NCBI GenBank assembly: GCA_050015075.1
Contig: JBEKCB010000015.1
Span: 37,235-101,234, forward strand
Direction: 5' to 3'
DNA length: 64,000 nucleotides
DNA from: Candidatus Brocadiia bacterium
GTDB lineage: Bacteria > Planctomycetota > Brocadiia > CAIUPP01
Part shown: piece by piece, positions 1 through 11,303 of the stretch
How positions within the stretch are numbered: the first letter of the stretch is position 1
Layout of the letters: every line of letters begins with the position of its first letter
Translations under genes and position numbers: made by a program
The notes under the pieces: model-generated
Database searches by the model: none
Seen by the model: only the letters and a program-made list of their open reading frames with translations
Told to the model about the DNA's origin: nothing

Positions 1-180
1 GTCCTGAAAGACAACGGCCATTTCATCCAATACATGCACACACTGACCCTGCTCAAAGGCTTCAACGCAAAGCGTTATCTAAGAAAGCACTTCACCAGAC
101 TGCATTCCGATTTCGTCTTGTTCAACATCCCGCCAGCGCTCGTATACACCTGTCTGCGGACACCGCGGAACGCTCCTTGA
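1..180 (+). CDS. 3' fragment of a class I SAM methyltransferase, phospholipid N-methyltransferase (PmtA)-like; truncated by window start
   Basis: Frame 1 is open from base 1 to TGA at 178-180. It reads VLKDNGHFIQYMH...FVLFNIPPALVYTC, resembling the PmtA C-terminal 'G.F.Q..Y ... N.PPA.VY' pattern. Not in the ORF track. Confidence 0.6.
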   Translation, partial: VLKDNGHFIQYMHTLTLLKGFNAKRYLRKHFTRLHSDFVLFNIPPALVYTCLRTPRNAP

Positions 181-205
181 CAAGCCCTCCACGCGAGGAT
201 AGATT
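177..205 (+). promoter_or_regulatory. sigma70-type promoter for the lipoprotein gene
   Basis: TTGACA-17 nt-TAGATT; the -35 box overlaps the upstream stop codon. Confidence 0.55.
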
Positions 206-240
206 GCGCGTTGGCAACATGCGCGAAGGAGGAGAATTGT

Positions 241-1233
241 ATGTTGTGGTTGTCACGCGTAATGAAGACATGCATATTCATATTGGCGATGGCTTTAATG
301 GTCGTGACCGCCGCGTGTGTAAAGAATGACAGCGGTCGGGACGCCGGGATGCCCATCAGCGACAGAATCCCATCAATGGAGTTCATTAAGGCAGTTGTCC
401 GCCATAACGAGGAGGTTGTTTCAACGCTCAAGGCCGACTGGACAGTGGAGTACCAATATCTGGAAGCGTTTAAGGAATTGAATCCGGAATATTGGGGGCA
501 AATGGACGACGCGCAGCTCGTTTTGGCGCAACAGCGTGGTCGGATAGTTAGAGATTCTACAGGGCGTTATCGTCTTGAAATGACTACCGAGTTCACCTCA
601 GGCAGGCTCCGGGAGTCGGTGTGTGGCTATGATGGCAGCGCCTTCAAGTGGTATGACGTCATGCCCAAAGAGCCAGCCTACGGGCAAAACGGGCGCATCA
701 GCGCGAAGACGCAGCAGGTTCCTCTCCTTTCGCCGGACAGGCTTGCGGGATATTGGATTGATTGGATGCGCTTGAGCGAATACCTCGAGAAATCAAAGAT
801 GAAGGAGATTCGAGAGACGACGGACTCGGCCGACAGAAGGTTTGTCGAAGTCGACACGATCCACTTCGCAGATGCGAACGTCATGGTTCGCTTTCGGCTT
901 GACCCTGAGAAGGGCTACTGTGTCACCGCCATTGACACCTACATGGTGAACCCTCCTGCACGGCCGTTCTCAACAATTGAGACGACCGAACTTAGAGAAA
1001 TTCGAAAAGGGACCTGGTTTCCGACGGAAGGAGTTCTGAAGCTGTTTGAGTGGGTTGATGCGCAGCACAAAGCTCTTGAAACCATTAGCCAGCATCTCAA
1101 AGTGAAGTCGCTACAGGCAGGCTTCACACCTAAGGACGATATGTTTTATATAAGCTTTCCGAAGGGTACCTCAGTCCTTAATGAGATGGATGGGACATCG
1201 TATCGCATTGGTGTAGCTCCGGAGCACCCATAA
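241..1233 (+). CDS. Putative lipoprotein of unknown function (possible LolA/RseB-like beta-rich fold)
   Basis: ATG 241 follows GGAG; hydrophobic signal ending in lipobox-like TAAC; visibly lower GC than the groEL genes. Confidence 0.7.
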   Translation: MLWLSRVMKTCIFILAMALMVVTAACVKNDSGRDAGMPISDRIPSMEFIKAVVRHNEEVVSTLKADWTVEYQYLEAFKELNPEYWGQMDDAQLVLAQQRGRIVRDSTGRYRLEMTTEFTSGRLRESVCGYDGSAFKWYDVMPKEPAYGQNGRISAKTQQVPLLSPDRLAGYWIDWMRLSEYLEKSKMKEIRETTDSADRRFVEVDTIHFADANVMVRFRLDPEKGYCVTAIDTYMVNPPARPFSTIETTELREIRKGTWFPTEGVLKLFEWVDAQHKALETISQHLKVKSLQAGFTPKDDMFYISFPKGTSVLNEMDGTSYRIGVAPEHP

Positions 1234-1261
1234 GCGCCCGCACGAAAGGCGCCCGGAAACG

Positions 1262-1301
1262 AAACTGCCGGCGTTCGCTACGGGGCGAACGCCGGCAGTT
1301 T
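1262..1301. terminator. Bidirectional intrinsic terminator between convergent genes
   Basis: Perfect 17-bp inverted repeat AAACTGCCGGCGTTCGC-6 nt-GCGAACGCCGGCAGTTT with A/T tails. Confidence 0.85.
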
Positions 1302-1348
1302 TTCAAGCATTACGGCTAGCGCCTTACGGCGCCACTACGAACCGTCTT

Positions 1349-2974
1349 CTATCGCACGACGCCCTCGGCGGGCGCGGCTTCTTTGTCTTCCTCTTCCTTG
1401 ATCTCGGTGACGATGGTCTCGGTCGTGAGCAGCAGGCCGGCGAGGCTGGCGGCGTTCTGAAGGGCCTGTTTGCAGACCTTGGTCGGGTCTATGATGCCGG
1501 CCTTGATCATGTCCACGTACTCGCCGACGTTGGCGTCGAAGCCGACGGTCGGCGGCTTCTCCTTGACCTCGGCGGCGACGACGGAGCCGTCCACGCCGGA
1601 ATTTTTGGCGATCTGGCGGATGGGCGCTTCGAGGGCGCGGGCGATGATGTCCACACCGGCCTTTTCGTCGCCGCGAAGTTTCTCGCGGATGGCTTCGACG
1701 GCAGGGATGGCGCGCAGGTACGCCAGGCCGCCGCCGGCGACGATGCCTTCCTCGACGGCTGCGCGGGTGGCGTGAAGGGCGTCCTCGACGCGGGCTTTCT
1801 TCTCGAGCATGGCCGCTTCCGTGGCGGCGCCGACCCGGACGATGGCCACTCCGCCGGAGAGCTTGGCGAGCCGCTCCTGGAGCTTTTCGCGGTCGTAATC
1901 GCTGGTCGTGGTGTCGGCCTGCTTCTTGATCTGGGCGATGCGGTCCTGGATGGCGGATTTCTTTCCGGCGCCCTGGATCAGAGTAGTGTTGTCCTTGTCC
2001 ACGGTGACTTTGCCGGCTTTACCGAGGTCGGAGAGCGCGATGTTCTCGAGCTTGACGCCGAGGTCCTCGGTGAAGCACTGGCCGCCGGTGAGGACGGCCA
2101 TGTCCTGGAGCATGGCTTTGCGGCGATCGCCGAAGCCGGGGGCTTTGACGGCGCAGCAGTTGAGGACGCCGCGGAGTTTGTTGATGACGAGCGCGGCAAG
2201 GGCTTCGCTCTCGACGTCCTCGGCGATGATCAGGAGCGGCTTGCCGGAGGAGGCGACTTTTTCGAGGAGCGGGAGCATTTCGCGCAGGTTGCCGAGCTTC
2301 TTTTCGTGGATGAGGATGAGGCAGTCCTCGAGGACGGCTTCGCGGGTCTGCGGCTTGTTGATGAAGTAGGGGCTGATGAAGCCGCGGTCGAACTGCATGC
2401 CCTCGACGACTTCGAGGGCGGTCTCGATGCCCTTGCCCTCTTCGACGGTGATGACGCCGTCCTTGCCGACTTTATCCATGGCGTCGGCGAGGAGCTTGCC
2501 GATGGAGGCGTCGTTGTTGGCCGAGATGGCGCCGACCTTGGCGATGTCATCCGCGCCCTTGACGGGGCGGCTGAATTTTTCCATGCTCTCGACGGCGGCG
2601 GCGACGGCTTTATCCACGCCGCGCTTGAGAGCGAGCGGGTTGGCGCCGGCGGCGACGAGTTTGAATCCTTCCTCGACGATGGACTCGGCCAGGACGGTCG
2701 CGGTGGTGGTGCCGTCGCCGGCCTTGTCGCTGGTGCGCGAGGCGACTTCTTTGATGAGCTTGGCGCCCATGTTCTCGAAGGGGTCTTTGAGCTCGACTTC
2801 CTTCGCGACGGTGACGCCGTCTTTGGTGACGCGGGGCGAACCGAAGGAGCGTTCGAAGATGACGTTATGACCGGTGGGGCCGAGCGTCACCTTGACGGTT
2901 TCGGCCATCTGCCGGACGCCCTTGAGGAGCTTCTTCCGGCCGTCCTCGCCGTACATCAGTTGCTTGACCGCCAT
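1349..2974 (-). CDS. groEL: Chaperonin GroEL (paralog with acidic C-terminal tail)
   Basis: [30 protein letters not shown] and APGFGDRRK motifs; 541 aa. Confidence 0.98.
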   Translation of the reverse strand: MAVKQLMYGEDGRKKLLKGVRQMAETVKVTLGPTGHNVIFERSFGSPRVTKDGVTVAKEVELKDPFENMGAKLIKEVASRTSDKAGDGTTTATVLAESIVEEGFKLVAAGANPLALKRGVDKAVAAAVESMEKFSRPVKGADDIAKVGAISANNDASIGKLLADAMDKVGKDGVITVEEGKGIETALEVVEGMQFDRGFISPYFINKPQTREAVLEDCLILIHEKKLGNLREMLPLLEKVASSGKPLLIIAEDVESEALAALVINKLRGVLNCCAVKAPGFGDRRKAMLQDMAVLTGGQCFTEDLGVKLENIALSDLGKAGKVTVDKDNTTLIQGAGKKSAIQDRIAQIKKQADTTTSDYDREKLQERLAKLSGGVAIVRVGAATEAAMLEKKARVEDALHATRAAVEEGIVAGGGLAYLRAIPAVEAIREKLRGDEKAGVDIIARALEAPIRQIAKNSGVDGSVVAAEVKEKPPTVGFDANVGEYVDMIKAGIIDPTKVCKQALQNAASLAGLLLTTETIVTEIKEEEDKEAAPAEGVVR

Positions 2975-3052
2975 TGCTATCTCCTTTTAGGTGAGCAAGC
3001 TGAATGATGATTGGGAAAGTGCATCCGCGATCATCATTCGCAACTCGCGCTT

Positions 3053-3340
3053 CTATTCGACCTTCGCGAGAACGTCGGATTCGCGCATGATCAGGTATTC
3101 CTTCTCGCCGACCTTGACATCGCTGCCGCCGTACTTGGCGTAGAGGACGATGTCGCCCTTCTTGACGGAAGGGGTGGCGCGCTTGCCGTCATCGAGCAGC
3201 TTGCCGGGGCCGACGGCGACGACTTTGCCCTTCTGGGGTTTTTCCTTGGCGGTGTCCGGGATGAGGATTCCGCCGGCGGTCTTCTCTTCGGCTTCCATCG
3301 GCTCGACAACGATGCGGTCATCCAGCGGGTGAATATTCAT
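3053..3340 (-). CDS. groES: Co-chaperonin GroES
   Basis: [12 protein letters not shown]...[18 protein letters not shown]...KYGG; ATG at 3340 follows GGAGG. Confidence 0.98.
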   Translation of the reverse strand: MNIHPLDDRIVVEPMEAEEKTAGGILIPDTAKEKPQKGKVVAVGPGKLLDDGKRATPSVKKGDIVLYAKYGGSDVKVGEKEYLIMRESDVLAKVE

Positions 3341-3433
3341 CGGTCGCCTCCATTCTGAAAGAAATATCCGGTGCGGCTGACGGGCCATGAAGAACTTGCT
3401 TCGTCACCCATCAATCTTCCTTCCGCCTCCCGG

Positions 3434-5140
<1,707 letters not shown>

Positions 5141-5326
5141 CTAACCGAGACAACTAAGCTTTAAGTCATTGCATAACTGCATGTTACGATAAGTATGCCT
5201 CAAGACTATGTCGTGCCTGGCCTTACGATAAATTGGGTTCGTTTTTTCAAGACAGCCGCGGTACCTACTGGCGGAACGCGCACAGAAAGAAAGCGTCCGC
5301 CTAGAACCCTGCTTGAGCTACCATAT

Positions 5327-5342
5327 AGCAATAGCTATGCCG
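5327..5342 (-). promoter_or_regulatory. sigma54 (-24/-12) promoter of the groEL-groES-groEL operon
   Basis: Minus strand CGGCATAGCTATTGCT, GG-N10-GC spacing matching TGGCAC-N5-TTGC. Confidence 0.6.
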
Positions 5343-5407
5343 AGAACGCCTACGAACGTAAACCCTGTCTGCAAAGCCAGTTACCTATTTGGAGGAGAAG
5401 CCTGCTG

Positions 5408-5456
5408 CTGCCATTCTGACAGGTAATTCGGAGAGTGCGGGCTGTCAAATTGACAG
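5408..5456. promoter_or_regulatory. Two palindromic candidate activator (enhancer) sites
   Basis: CTGCCATTCTGACAG (5408-5422) and CTGTCAAATTGACAG (5442-5456), upstream of the sigma54 site. Confidence 0.5.
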
Positions 5457-5521
5457 AAACGAGGCGCAAGTGAAGGGTAGAGTCGCGGCGGGCTGCACTT
5501 ACCTGGCGCGATCTCCAGCAA

Positions 5522-6529
5522 TCAGTGCTTCTCTGGCGGCGTCGGTCTGGAGGTTCGCGGCGTGACCATGATGACCGTGGGAACGTAGATCAACTGCGGC
5601 ACAGAAAACCATCCGTCGCTGGCCGGCAGCCAGTCCGAGCTGTACTGCCAGGTATTCTGCTGCGGCGCGTAGGAGGAGGGCGGGCCGGTCTGCGGCTGGC
5701 CGAGCGGCGGCGAGCCGGTCGGCGGCGAAATCGGTTGGACATCCAGCACATTCGCCGGCGGCGTGGCCGGCTGCGGCTGCTCTTCCGATGGAGCGGGCTG
5801 CTGCACAGGTGGTTTGGGCGCCATCAGGCGCCTGAGCTCCGTCAGCAGGTCGCGGCGTGCCAGGACCCGCTTCTCCGCTGCCTGCGCCTGCGCCAGCGCT
5901 TTGCGCTGCCGGGCCACGGGAGGCGCGTCAAGGGTGGTGTTGGCCGAGGCCTTGATCAAGGCTTCGGTCGCGGCTTCGATACGCGCCGCGGCCGCCGTTG
6001 CCTTGGCTTCGTTCTCGCTGAGCTTCAGGGAAAGGACCGCGCGCGCGTCGTCGCCGAGGGAGAGCAACTCGTCGAGGACCGGCTGGCGTTGCGCCTTCTC
6101 GATCCGATGGATGATGATCAGCGCCATCGTCGCAGCATATGCGTCGGCGGTCAGTCCCTCGCCGGTCGCGGTCTCCGCCGGCGCGGTCGCGGCCAGCCGG
6201 CGAAGTTCGCCCAGCGCCGCCGGGCCGATCTCAAGAAACCGCTCGATAGCGCTTTGCCCCTTCATCGCCTGCTCCGACTTGAGCAGGGTCATCGCCGAGT
6301 CAAGGGCGCGCTTCTGTTGGGGCGTCGGCTCCTGCTCGGCGATCGGCTGCACGTACTTCTCAATGAGCGCCGCCGCCTGACGGAGCGCCGCCGGTGTGAG
6401 GTCCGTCCGGTTCAATTGCGGCGCCTGCGTTCCCGGACCTTCCGCACCGGCGACCTGCACGGCGATCAGTGTTATGCCGACAGCCCACGCCGCCATTGTG
6501 CCGCTGATTTTGCTGAATACACTTGCCAT
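5522..6529 (-). CDS. Secreted hypothetical protein, helical core plus Pro/Gln-rich tail
   Basis: Signal peptide (AWAVGITLIAVQVAGA); TTGCGG-17-TACAAT promoter-like sequence at 6550-6578 on the minus strand. Confidence 0.65.
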   Translation of the reverse strand: MASVFSKISGTMAAWAVGITLIAVQVAGAEGPGTQAPQLNRTDLTPAALRQAAALIEKYVQPIAEQEPTPQQKRALDSAMTLLKSEQAMKGQSAIERFLEIGPAALGELRRLAATAPAETATGEGLTADAYAATMALIIIHRIEKAQRQPVLDELLSLGDDARAVLSLKLSENEAKATAAAARIEAATEALIKASANTTLDAPPVARQRKALAQAQAAEKRVLARRDLLTELRRLMAPKPPVQQPAPSEEQPQPATPPANVLDVQPISPPTGSPPLGQPQTGPPSSYAPQQNTWQYSSDWLPASDGWFSVPQLIYVPTVIMVTPRTSRPTPPEKH

Positions 6530-6727
6530 GGGTAGATTCCTCCGCAGGCATTGTACCTCACGAGCGCGACGGCCGCAATGACCTCACGCCGCAATCGTTC
6601 GCGGCCCGGGCGCGCTTGCTGATGCATCGTGTCGTCCTGCGCGGTATAATGAAGTGTGCGAAGGGCCTCACGGCCGCCGAGAGCCGCAGGAGGCTGCGAG
6701 GCCTGGATCCGTGTAAGTGAGCCGGCA

Positions 6728-7087
6728 ATGAAACTCTCTGAACTGGCCGACAAGCTCGGCGCGCAGATCGTCGCCAACGTTGAGAGGGCCGACGAGGCGC
6801 AGGTCGAGCGCTTTCACGTCTCCGACCGGATCAGCGACCTGCTCAATTCCGGCTCCGATGAGACCCTGCTCGTCACCGGCCTGGTCAACATGCACCTGGC
6901 GCGTGTGGCGGAATTGATGGACGCGCCCGGGATCTGCCTGCTCGACGGAATCGCTCCGGACGCGCCGCTGCTCGAAGCGGCCTTGCGGCGCGGCATTGTA
7001 CTGATGATCTCGGAGTCCGGCCGCGAAGAGACCGCCGGACTGCTCCGCGCCTGTCTCCTCGAAGAGTTGTGCGAAGAAGCGGATTAG
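6728..7087 (+). CDS. DRTGG/HPr-kinase N-terminal-like domain protein (hydrogenase-cluster associated)
   Basis: MKLSELADKL...SDRISDLL...LLVTGL...AELMD; hydrogenase operon context. Confidence 0.8.
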   Translation: MKLSELADKLGAQIVANVERADEAQVERFHVSDRISDLLNSGSDETLLVTGLVNMHLARVAELMDAPGICLLDGIAPDAPLLEAALRRGIVLMISESGREETAGLLRACLLEELCEEAD

Positions 7088-7124
7088 CCTTTCTTGAGTT
7101 TTCTCAGATGAGAAAAACGCGAAA

Positions 7125-8732
7125 ATGAAGAGCTGCTCGTACCGGATTTCCGGCGGCGATTATGCCAACGCGGGCGCCGCTTCGAGCGACCTGAAGGCGG
7201 TGCTCAAGCGCATCGGCGTCGAGCCGGCGGCCATCCGCCGCACGATTATCGCGGCGTACGAGGCGGAGACGAACGTCGTCATTCACGCCTTGCGCGGCGA
7301 GATGCGCGTGACCATCGGGCCGGGACAGATTGACGTTGAGGTGGACGACGACGGCCCCGGAATCCCCGACATAGCGCAGGCGATGAAGGAGGGCTTCTCC
7401 ACCGCGCCGGCGGCGGCGCGCGAGCTGGGCTTCGGCGCGGGAATGGGGTTGCCGAACATCAGGAAGAGCAGCGACCGTTTCGTGCTCGAGTCCACCGTCG
7501 GCCAGGGCACGCGGCTGCGATTCACGGTGCATCTGAAAGCGCACGCGGTCGCCGCCGCGGCCGGGAACGGCATGAGGATTTCGCCGGAGCGCTGCACCGG
7601 CTGTCTGCGCTGCCTGCGCGTCTGCCCGACTCAGGCGCTGCGCGTGCGGCGCGGCACAAATGCGCCGGCGATCCTCGAACATCTCTGCATCAACTGCGCC
7701 GAGTGCATCGCCGCGTGCGCGTCCGGCGCGCTGGCGATGAGCGCCGCTGCGGAGTTGCCCGATCCGAAAGGGCGCTCGCTCCTGATCCCGTCCTCATTCC
7801 TGTACCAGTTCGGCGCGGGAATCGGGCCGGAGAGCGTGCGGCGGGCGCTGACGGAGCTGGGTTTCGCCGAGGTGCGCGAACTCGGCCCATGGCACGAAGC
7901 GCTGCGCCGCGCGACGGAGCAGTACGCGGCGCATTCGAAGGCGCTGCCGGTCATTTCGCCCGCGTGCCTGGCGGTGGTCAACCTGATCGAGATGCGTTTC
8001 CCGTCGCTCATCCGCAACCTGGCGCCGTTCCTCTCGCCGATCGAAGCCGCCTGCCGCGATTGGGCTGCGGAGGGGAAATCCGTCATGGTCGCCTCCTGCC
8101 CGGCCGAACGCGCCGCGCTTCTCTTGCGTCCGGCGACGGAGCGCCTGGAAGCGGATATCATCCCGCCGGCGCTTCTGGCCCAGAAAGTCATGCCGCTGGT
8201 CGCGGCGAAGCGCGGAGCGGAAAGTTCATCGGCGTCGTTGGAACTGAAGAACGGCAATTCGAGGACGACGTCGAAGACGAGGACGACGACGAGGACGAGT
8301 ACGAAGGAAGGGGTGCTCGAGGTGACCGGCATCCGCCACGTGGTGCGCGTGCTGGAAGAGGTCGAGAACGGGCTGCTGCCGGACGTGCGCGTGCTTGAAC
8401 TCTTTGCCTGCGAGCAGGGCTGCTTCGGCTCGCCGCTGCTGAAGGAGGATGCGTTTATTTCGAGGCATCGCGCTCGTTCAGGGACCGCCGCGGAGGAGGC
8501 CAGGGCCGTGCGGCGGGAGAAGCCGTTCACCGCGCGCGCCGGGCTGCGCCTTGACGAGGACATGGCGAAGGCGATGGCGAAGCTCTCGGAGATCGAGAGA
8601 CTCCGGCGGACACTTCCCGGCAAAGACTGCGCCCTCTGCGGAGCGCCGACCTGCGACGCGCTGGCGGAAGACGTGGTCCTCGGAAGGACCGCCTGTTCAA
8701 TTTCCGATTGCCGAACGCTGACGAAAAAGTGA
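7125..8732 (+). CDS. Fusion of RsbT-like anti-sigma/Ser kinase (HATPase) + 2x[4Fe-4S] + degenerate [FeFe]-hydrogenase-like domain + C-terminal FeS domain
   Basis: EAETNVVIHA, DDGPGI, GFGAGMGLPNI; CTGCLRCLRVCP, CINCAECIAAC; ELFACEQGCFG; LPGKDCALCGAPTC. Confidence 0.85.
   Translation: MKSCSYRISGGDYANAGAASSDLKAVLKRIGVEPAAIRRTIIAAYEAETNVVIHALRGEMRVTIGPGQIDVEVDDDGPGIPDIAQAMKEGFSTAPAAARELGFGAGMGLPNIRKSSDRFVLESTVGQGTRLRFTVHLKAHAVAAAAGNGMRISPERCTGCLRCLRVCPTQALRVRRGTNAPAILEHLCINCAECIAACASGALAMSAAAELPDPKGRSLLIPSSFLYQFGAGIGPESVRRALTELGFAEVRELGPWHEALRRATEQYAAHSKALPVISPACLAVVNLIEMRFPSLIRNLAPFLSPIEAACRDWAAEGKSVMVASCPAERAALLLRPATERLEADIIPPALLAQKVMPLVAAKRGAESSSASLELKNGNSRTTSKTRTTTRTSTKEGVLEVTGIRHVVRVLEEVENGLLPDVRVLELFACEQGCFGSPLLKEDAFISRHRARSGTAAEEARAVRREKPFTARAGLRLDEDMAKAMAKLSEIERLRRTLPGKDCALCGAPTCDALAEDVVLGRTACSISDCRTLTKK
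8260..8312 (+). repeat. 6-bp-period GAGGAC/GACGAC low-complexity repeat embedded in frame in the CDS
   Basis: GAGGACGACGTCGAAGACGAGGACGACGACGAGGACGAGTACGA, read as SRTTSKTRTTTRTSTK. Confidence 0.7.
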
Positions 8733-8802
8733 AAACGAACGGAAAATGGCGGCCAGCCGCGCACCACGTGGGCGAAGCCGATCCGCGTGAATTGAGGGCG
8801 GC

Positions 8803-10119
8803 ATGACGGACCAGGCACAACGCGATGAAGCGTTGCACCAAATGGGAGTGGCAGCCGGCAAGAGCCGGCGAGGAAAAGGCCGACAAACCATTGCTCTCAC
8901 GGTGCTGATGTTTCTTCCGCCGTTGGTATTCAGCATCTGGGCGGCCTTGGTCACGAAAGTGCCGCCGCTGCCGCTTGCTATCGGCAACGAGCGAGTTATT
9001 TTCGTGGACTGTAATCCGGACAGTGGGCTCGACATGTCTTTAAGCCCGGATGGCCGGAGCCTTCTCTATGGGATGGAGGAATGGGAGCCAAGCCTTTCAA
9101 CGTTTGAAGTGCCAGGCACTTCCATTATGATACCGACTGCGGACAATCTTGTCTGGAATACATTTCTGTTCGACCTGGAAACCGGCGAGAATGTCAAATT
9201 GCCCTTCCCTCATCAGTGGACGGCTGTCTTTGTTCATGATTTCGATAGCGGAAACACTTACAGGCAGCCGAGAACCGAGCACTTTACGCCGGACGGAAAG
9301 TATGTTCACGCCACCGATCCGCTCGAGGGAGGCGCCTCATCAAAAGTGTTAATCTACAACATCGGAAGTCACGCGTTGCTCTCGGTTGAGGTCGGACCCT
9401 ATTATTCCTTTGTCTGCGACGATCGGGGTGAAAACCTGTTGGTGAATCGCAATGCGTTTCAAACTGAAGTTACGGTCGTCCCCATATTCGGCGGCGCCGT
9501 GGAGAAGTTCTCCGCCGCGGGACCTGTGTGCGGAGCATCCCGCAAAGACCGCGCTATCATTTTTTGCTTTTCCTATGCTTTTGGCGTCGTTCAAAATCAA
9601 TTATTCCTCGTGGACCTCGTTCAAGCGAAGACCCTAAAGAGCCTGCACTGGCGCCGAGGTATGGCAGGTATGTCTCCGATTTATCCGGAGCCGTTCTATG
9701 CGGCTAATGAACGTTTTCTCTGTTGTAACGAATGTTACTGTCCGGAGGGCTTGTTTGCAGCGATTCGCAACCAGTTCTCCAACCTTGTGAGGTTTATCCC
9801 ACCAAGTCCTGCTTCTAAGAAGCCGGTGATAAGTTCAGCCTGCTTTTGGGACAGCATCGAAGACAGAGTGTTCGCGTTGGACAATGCCATCGCGCTCGCA
9901 CCCGGCCCATCCTTCGGCACCGTGCTGATCGCGGATGGCGAAATGAAGAACCTGCGCGTGTTGGACCTGATTGATGGAACGACATACGCATCGGAATCGC
10001 ATGACGGCGACTCCGTTGCCTGCGCGCGCGGAAAGTATATAGTGTTTGAGACGAAGGACGAAAACGGTCAGCGAAAGTACACACTGACCGAAATTGGCAT
10101 TCCTGGGCGAATGGATTGA
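8803..10119 (+). CDS. Membrane-anchored hypothetical protein, TolB/beta-propeller-like; apparent insertion in the hydrogenase operon
   Basis: N-terminal TM helix; SPDGR and FTPDGKY turns; lower GC; flanked by direct repeat GAAAAAGTGAAA (8723-8734, 10148-10159). Confidence 0.7.
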   Translation: MTDQAQRDEALHQMGVAAGKSRRGKGRQTIALTVLMFLPPLVFSIWAALVTKVPPLPLAIGNERVIFVDCNPDSGLDMSLSPDGRSLLYGMEEWEPSLSTFEVPGTSIMIPTADNLVWNTFLFDLETGENVKLPFPHQWTAVFVHDFDSGNTYRQPRTEHFTPDGKYVHATDPLEGGASSKVLIYNIGSHALLSVEVGPYYSFVCDDRGENLLVNRNAFQTEVTVVPIFGGAVEKFSAAGPVCGASRKDRAIIFCFSYAFGVVQNQLFLVDLVQAKTLKSLHWRRGMAGMSPIYPEPFYAANERFLCCNECYCPEGLFAAIRNQFSNLVRFIPPSPASKKPVISSACFWDSIEDRVFALDNAIALAPGPSFGTVLIADGEMKNLRVLDLIDGTTYASESHDGDSVACARGKYIVFETKDENGQRKYTLTEIGIPGRMD

Positions 10120-10153
10120 ACGGTGTTATGCCCGATCCGCGATGGAGGAAAAA

Positions 10154-10510
10154 GTGAAACTCAAAGAGATCGCGCGCAGGCTTGACCTGGAATGCCTGAC
10201 GCCGGAACTGAAATCCGAGGCGGAGGCGGACGTGACGCGCGGGTATGTGTCGGACCTGCTGAGCGACGTGCTGGCCAATGCGCCGCAGGGCGGCGTGCTG
10301 GTGACGGTGCAGGTGCACATGAACGTCCTGGCGGTCTGCCTGAACGCGGAAGTCGCCGGCGTGATCTTCGCGCACGGGCGGACGCCCGACGAGGCCGTGC
10401 GAAAAAGAGCCGTCGAGGAGCGCATGCCGCTCTACCTTTCGCGCGAGCCCGCGTTCCACGTCGTCGGCAAGCTCGTGGAGCTGGGCGTGACGGGCGCGGC
10501 TTCAAAATAG
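10154..10510 (+). CDS. DRTGG-domain (serine-kinase-associated) protein
   Basis: GTG 10154 follows GGAGG (ATG 10142 is an alternative); GYVSDLLSDVLANA, VLVTVQVHMNVLAV. Confidence 0.85.
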   Translation: MKLKEIARRLDLECLTPELKSEAEADVTRGYVSDLLSDVLANAPQGGVLVTVQVHMNVLAVCLNAEVAGVIFAHGRTPDEAVRKRAVEERMPLYLSREPAFHVVGKLVELGVTGAASK

Positions 10511-10559
10511 ATGCAGTTTCACCGCCGGCCGCCCGGTCAATCGTCGTGAAAAGAGTCCG

Positions 10560-11276
10560 ATGGAAATCAGGGCCGACCTGCACATTCATACCGCACTCTC
10601 GCCGTGCGCGGCGCCGGAGATGACGCCTCCGGCGATCGTCGCGGCCGCGGTTGAATGCGGGCTGACGATGATTGCAATCTGCGACCACAACAGCGCCGGA
10701 AACGTGGAGGCGACGCAGCAGGCGGCGGGGAACTCGCTGGCGGTGATCGCGGGGATGGAAATTATGTCGTCCGAGGAAGCGCACGTCGTCGGGCTCTTCC
10801 CGGACGCGCCATCGGCCTGCGCGGCGGGCGCGGAAGTGGCGGCGACGCTGCCGAACTTGAAATCCCGGAAGCCGCGTCCGGACCGCATCGAGCAAAGGCT
10901 GATGGACTCAGCCGGGCGCGTGATCGGTATGGAGCCGAAGATGCTGGCGGCGGCCTCGCGATTCACGCTGTCCGAGACGGTGCATCTCATTCACCGGCAC
11001 GGCGGCCTGGTCATCGCCGCGCATCTGAACCGGCCGTCCTTCAGCGTGATCAGCCAGTTGGGCCTGTTCCCGGAAGACGCGGGATTCGACGCGGTCGAGA
11101 TTTTCGAGAGCCCGATGTTTCCGCCCGTCGCGAAGCCCGCGACGTATGGATTGCCGGTGCTGCGTTCGTCCGACAGCCACGATCTCCTCCAGATCGGCTC
11201 GGTCTGGACCGCGCTGGAACTGCGCCGCCCGGTTTTCGACGAGTTGGTCCTCGCGCTACGGCGAACAGCCGTGTGA
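10560..11276 (+). CDS. PHP-domain phosphoesterase
   Basis: DLHIHTALSPC, AICDHN, AAH, SSDSH metal-binding motifs. Confidence 0.9.
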   Translation: MEIRADLHIHTALSPCAAPEMTPPAIVAAAVECGLTMIAICDHNSAGNVEATQQAAGNSLAVIAGMEIMSSEEAHVVGLFPDAPSACAAGAEVAATLPNLKSRKPRPDRIEQRLMDSAGRVIGMEPKMLAAASRFTLSETVHLIHRHGGLVIAAHLNRPSFSVISQLGLFPEDAGFDAVEIFESPMFPPVAKPATYGLPVLRSSDSHDLLQIGSVWTALELRRPVFDELVLALRRTAV

Positions 11277-11303
11277 TTACGATATCCTCTCCGGAGGTCG
11301 CGA

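Noticed and set aside
8699-8716. ATTTCCG ATTGCCG resembling the 7-bp repeat at the end of the kinase/Fe-S gene
   Set aside because: Only two units, and they encode the expected terminal ..DC.. Cys of the FeS domain.
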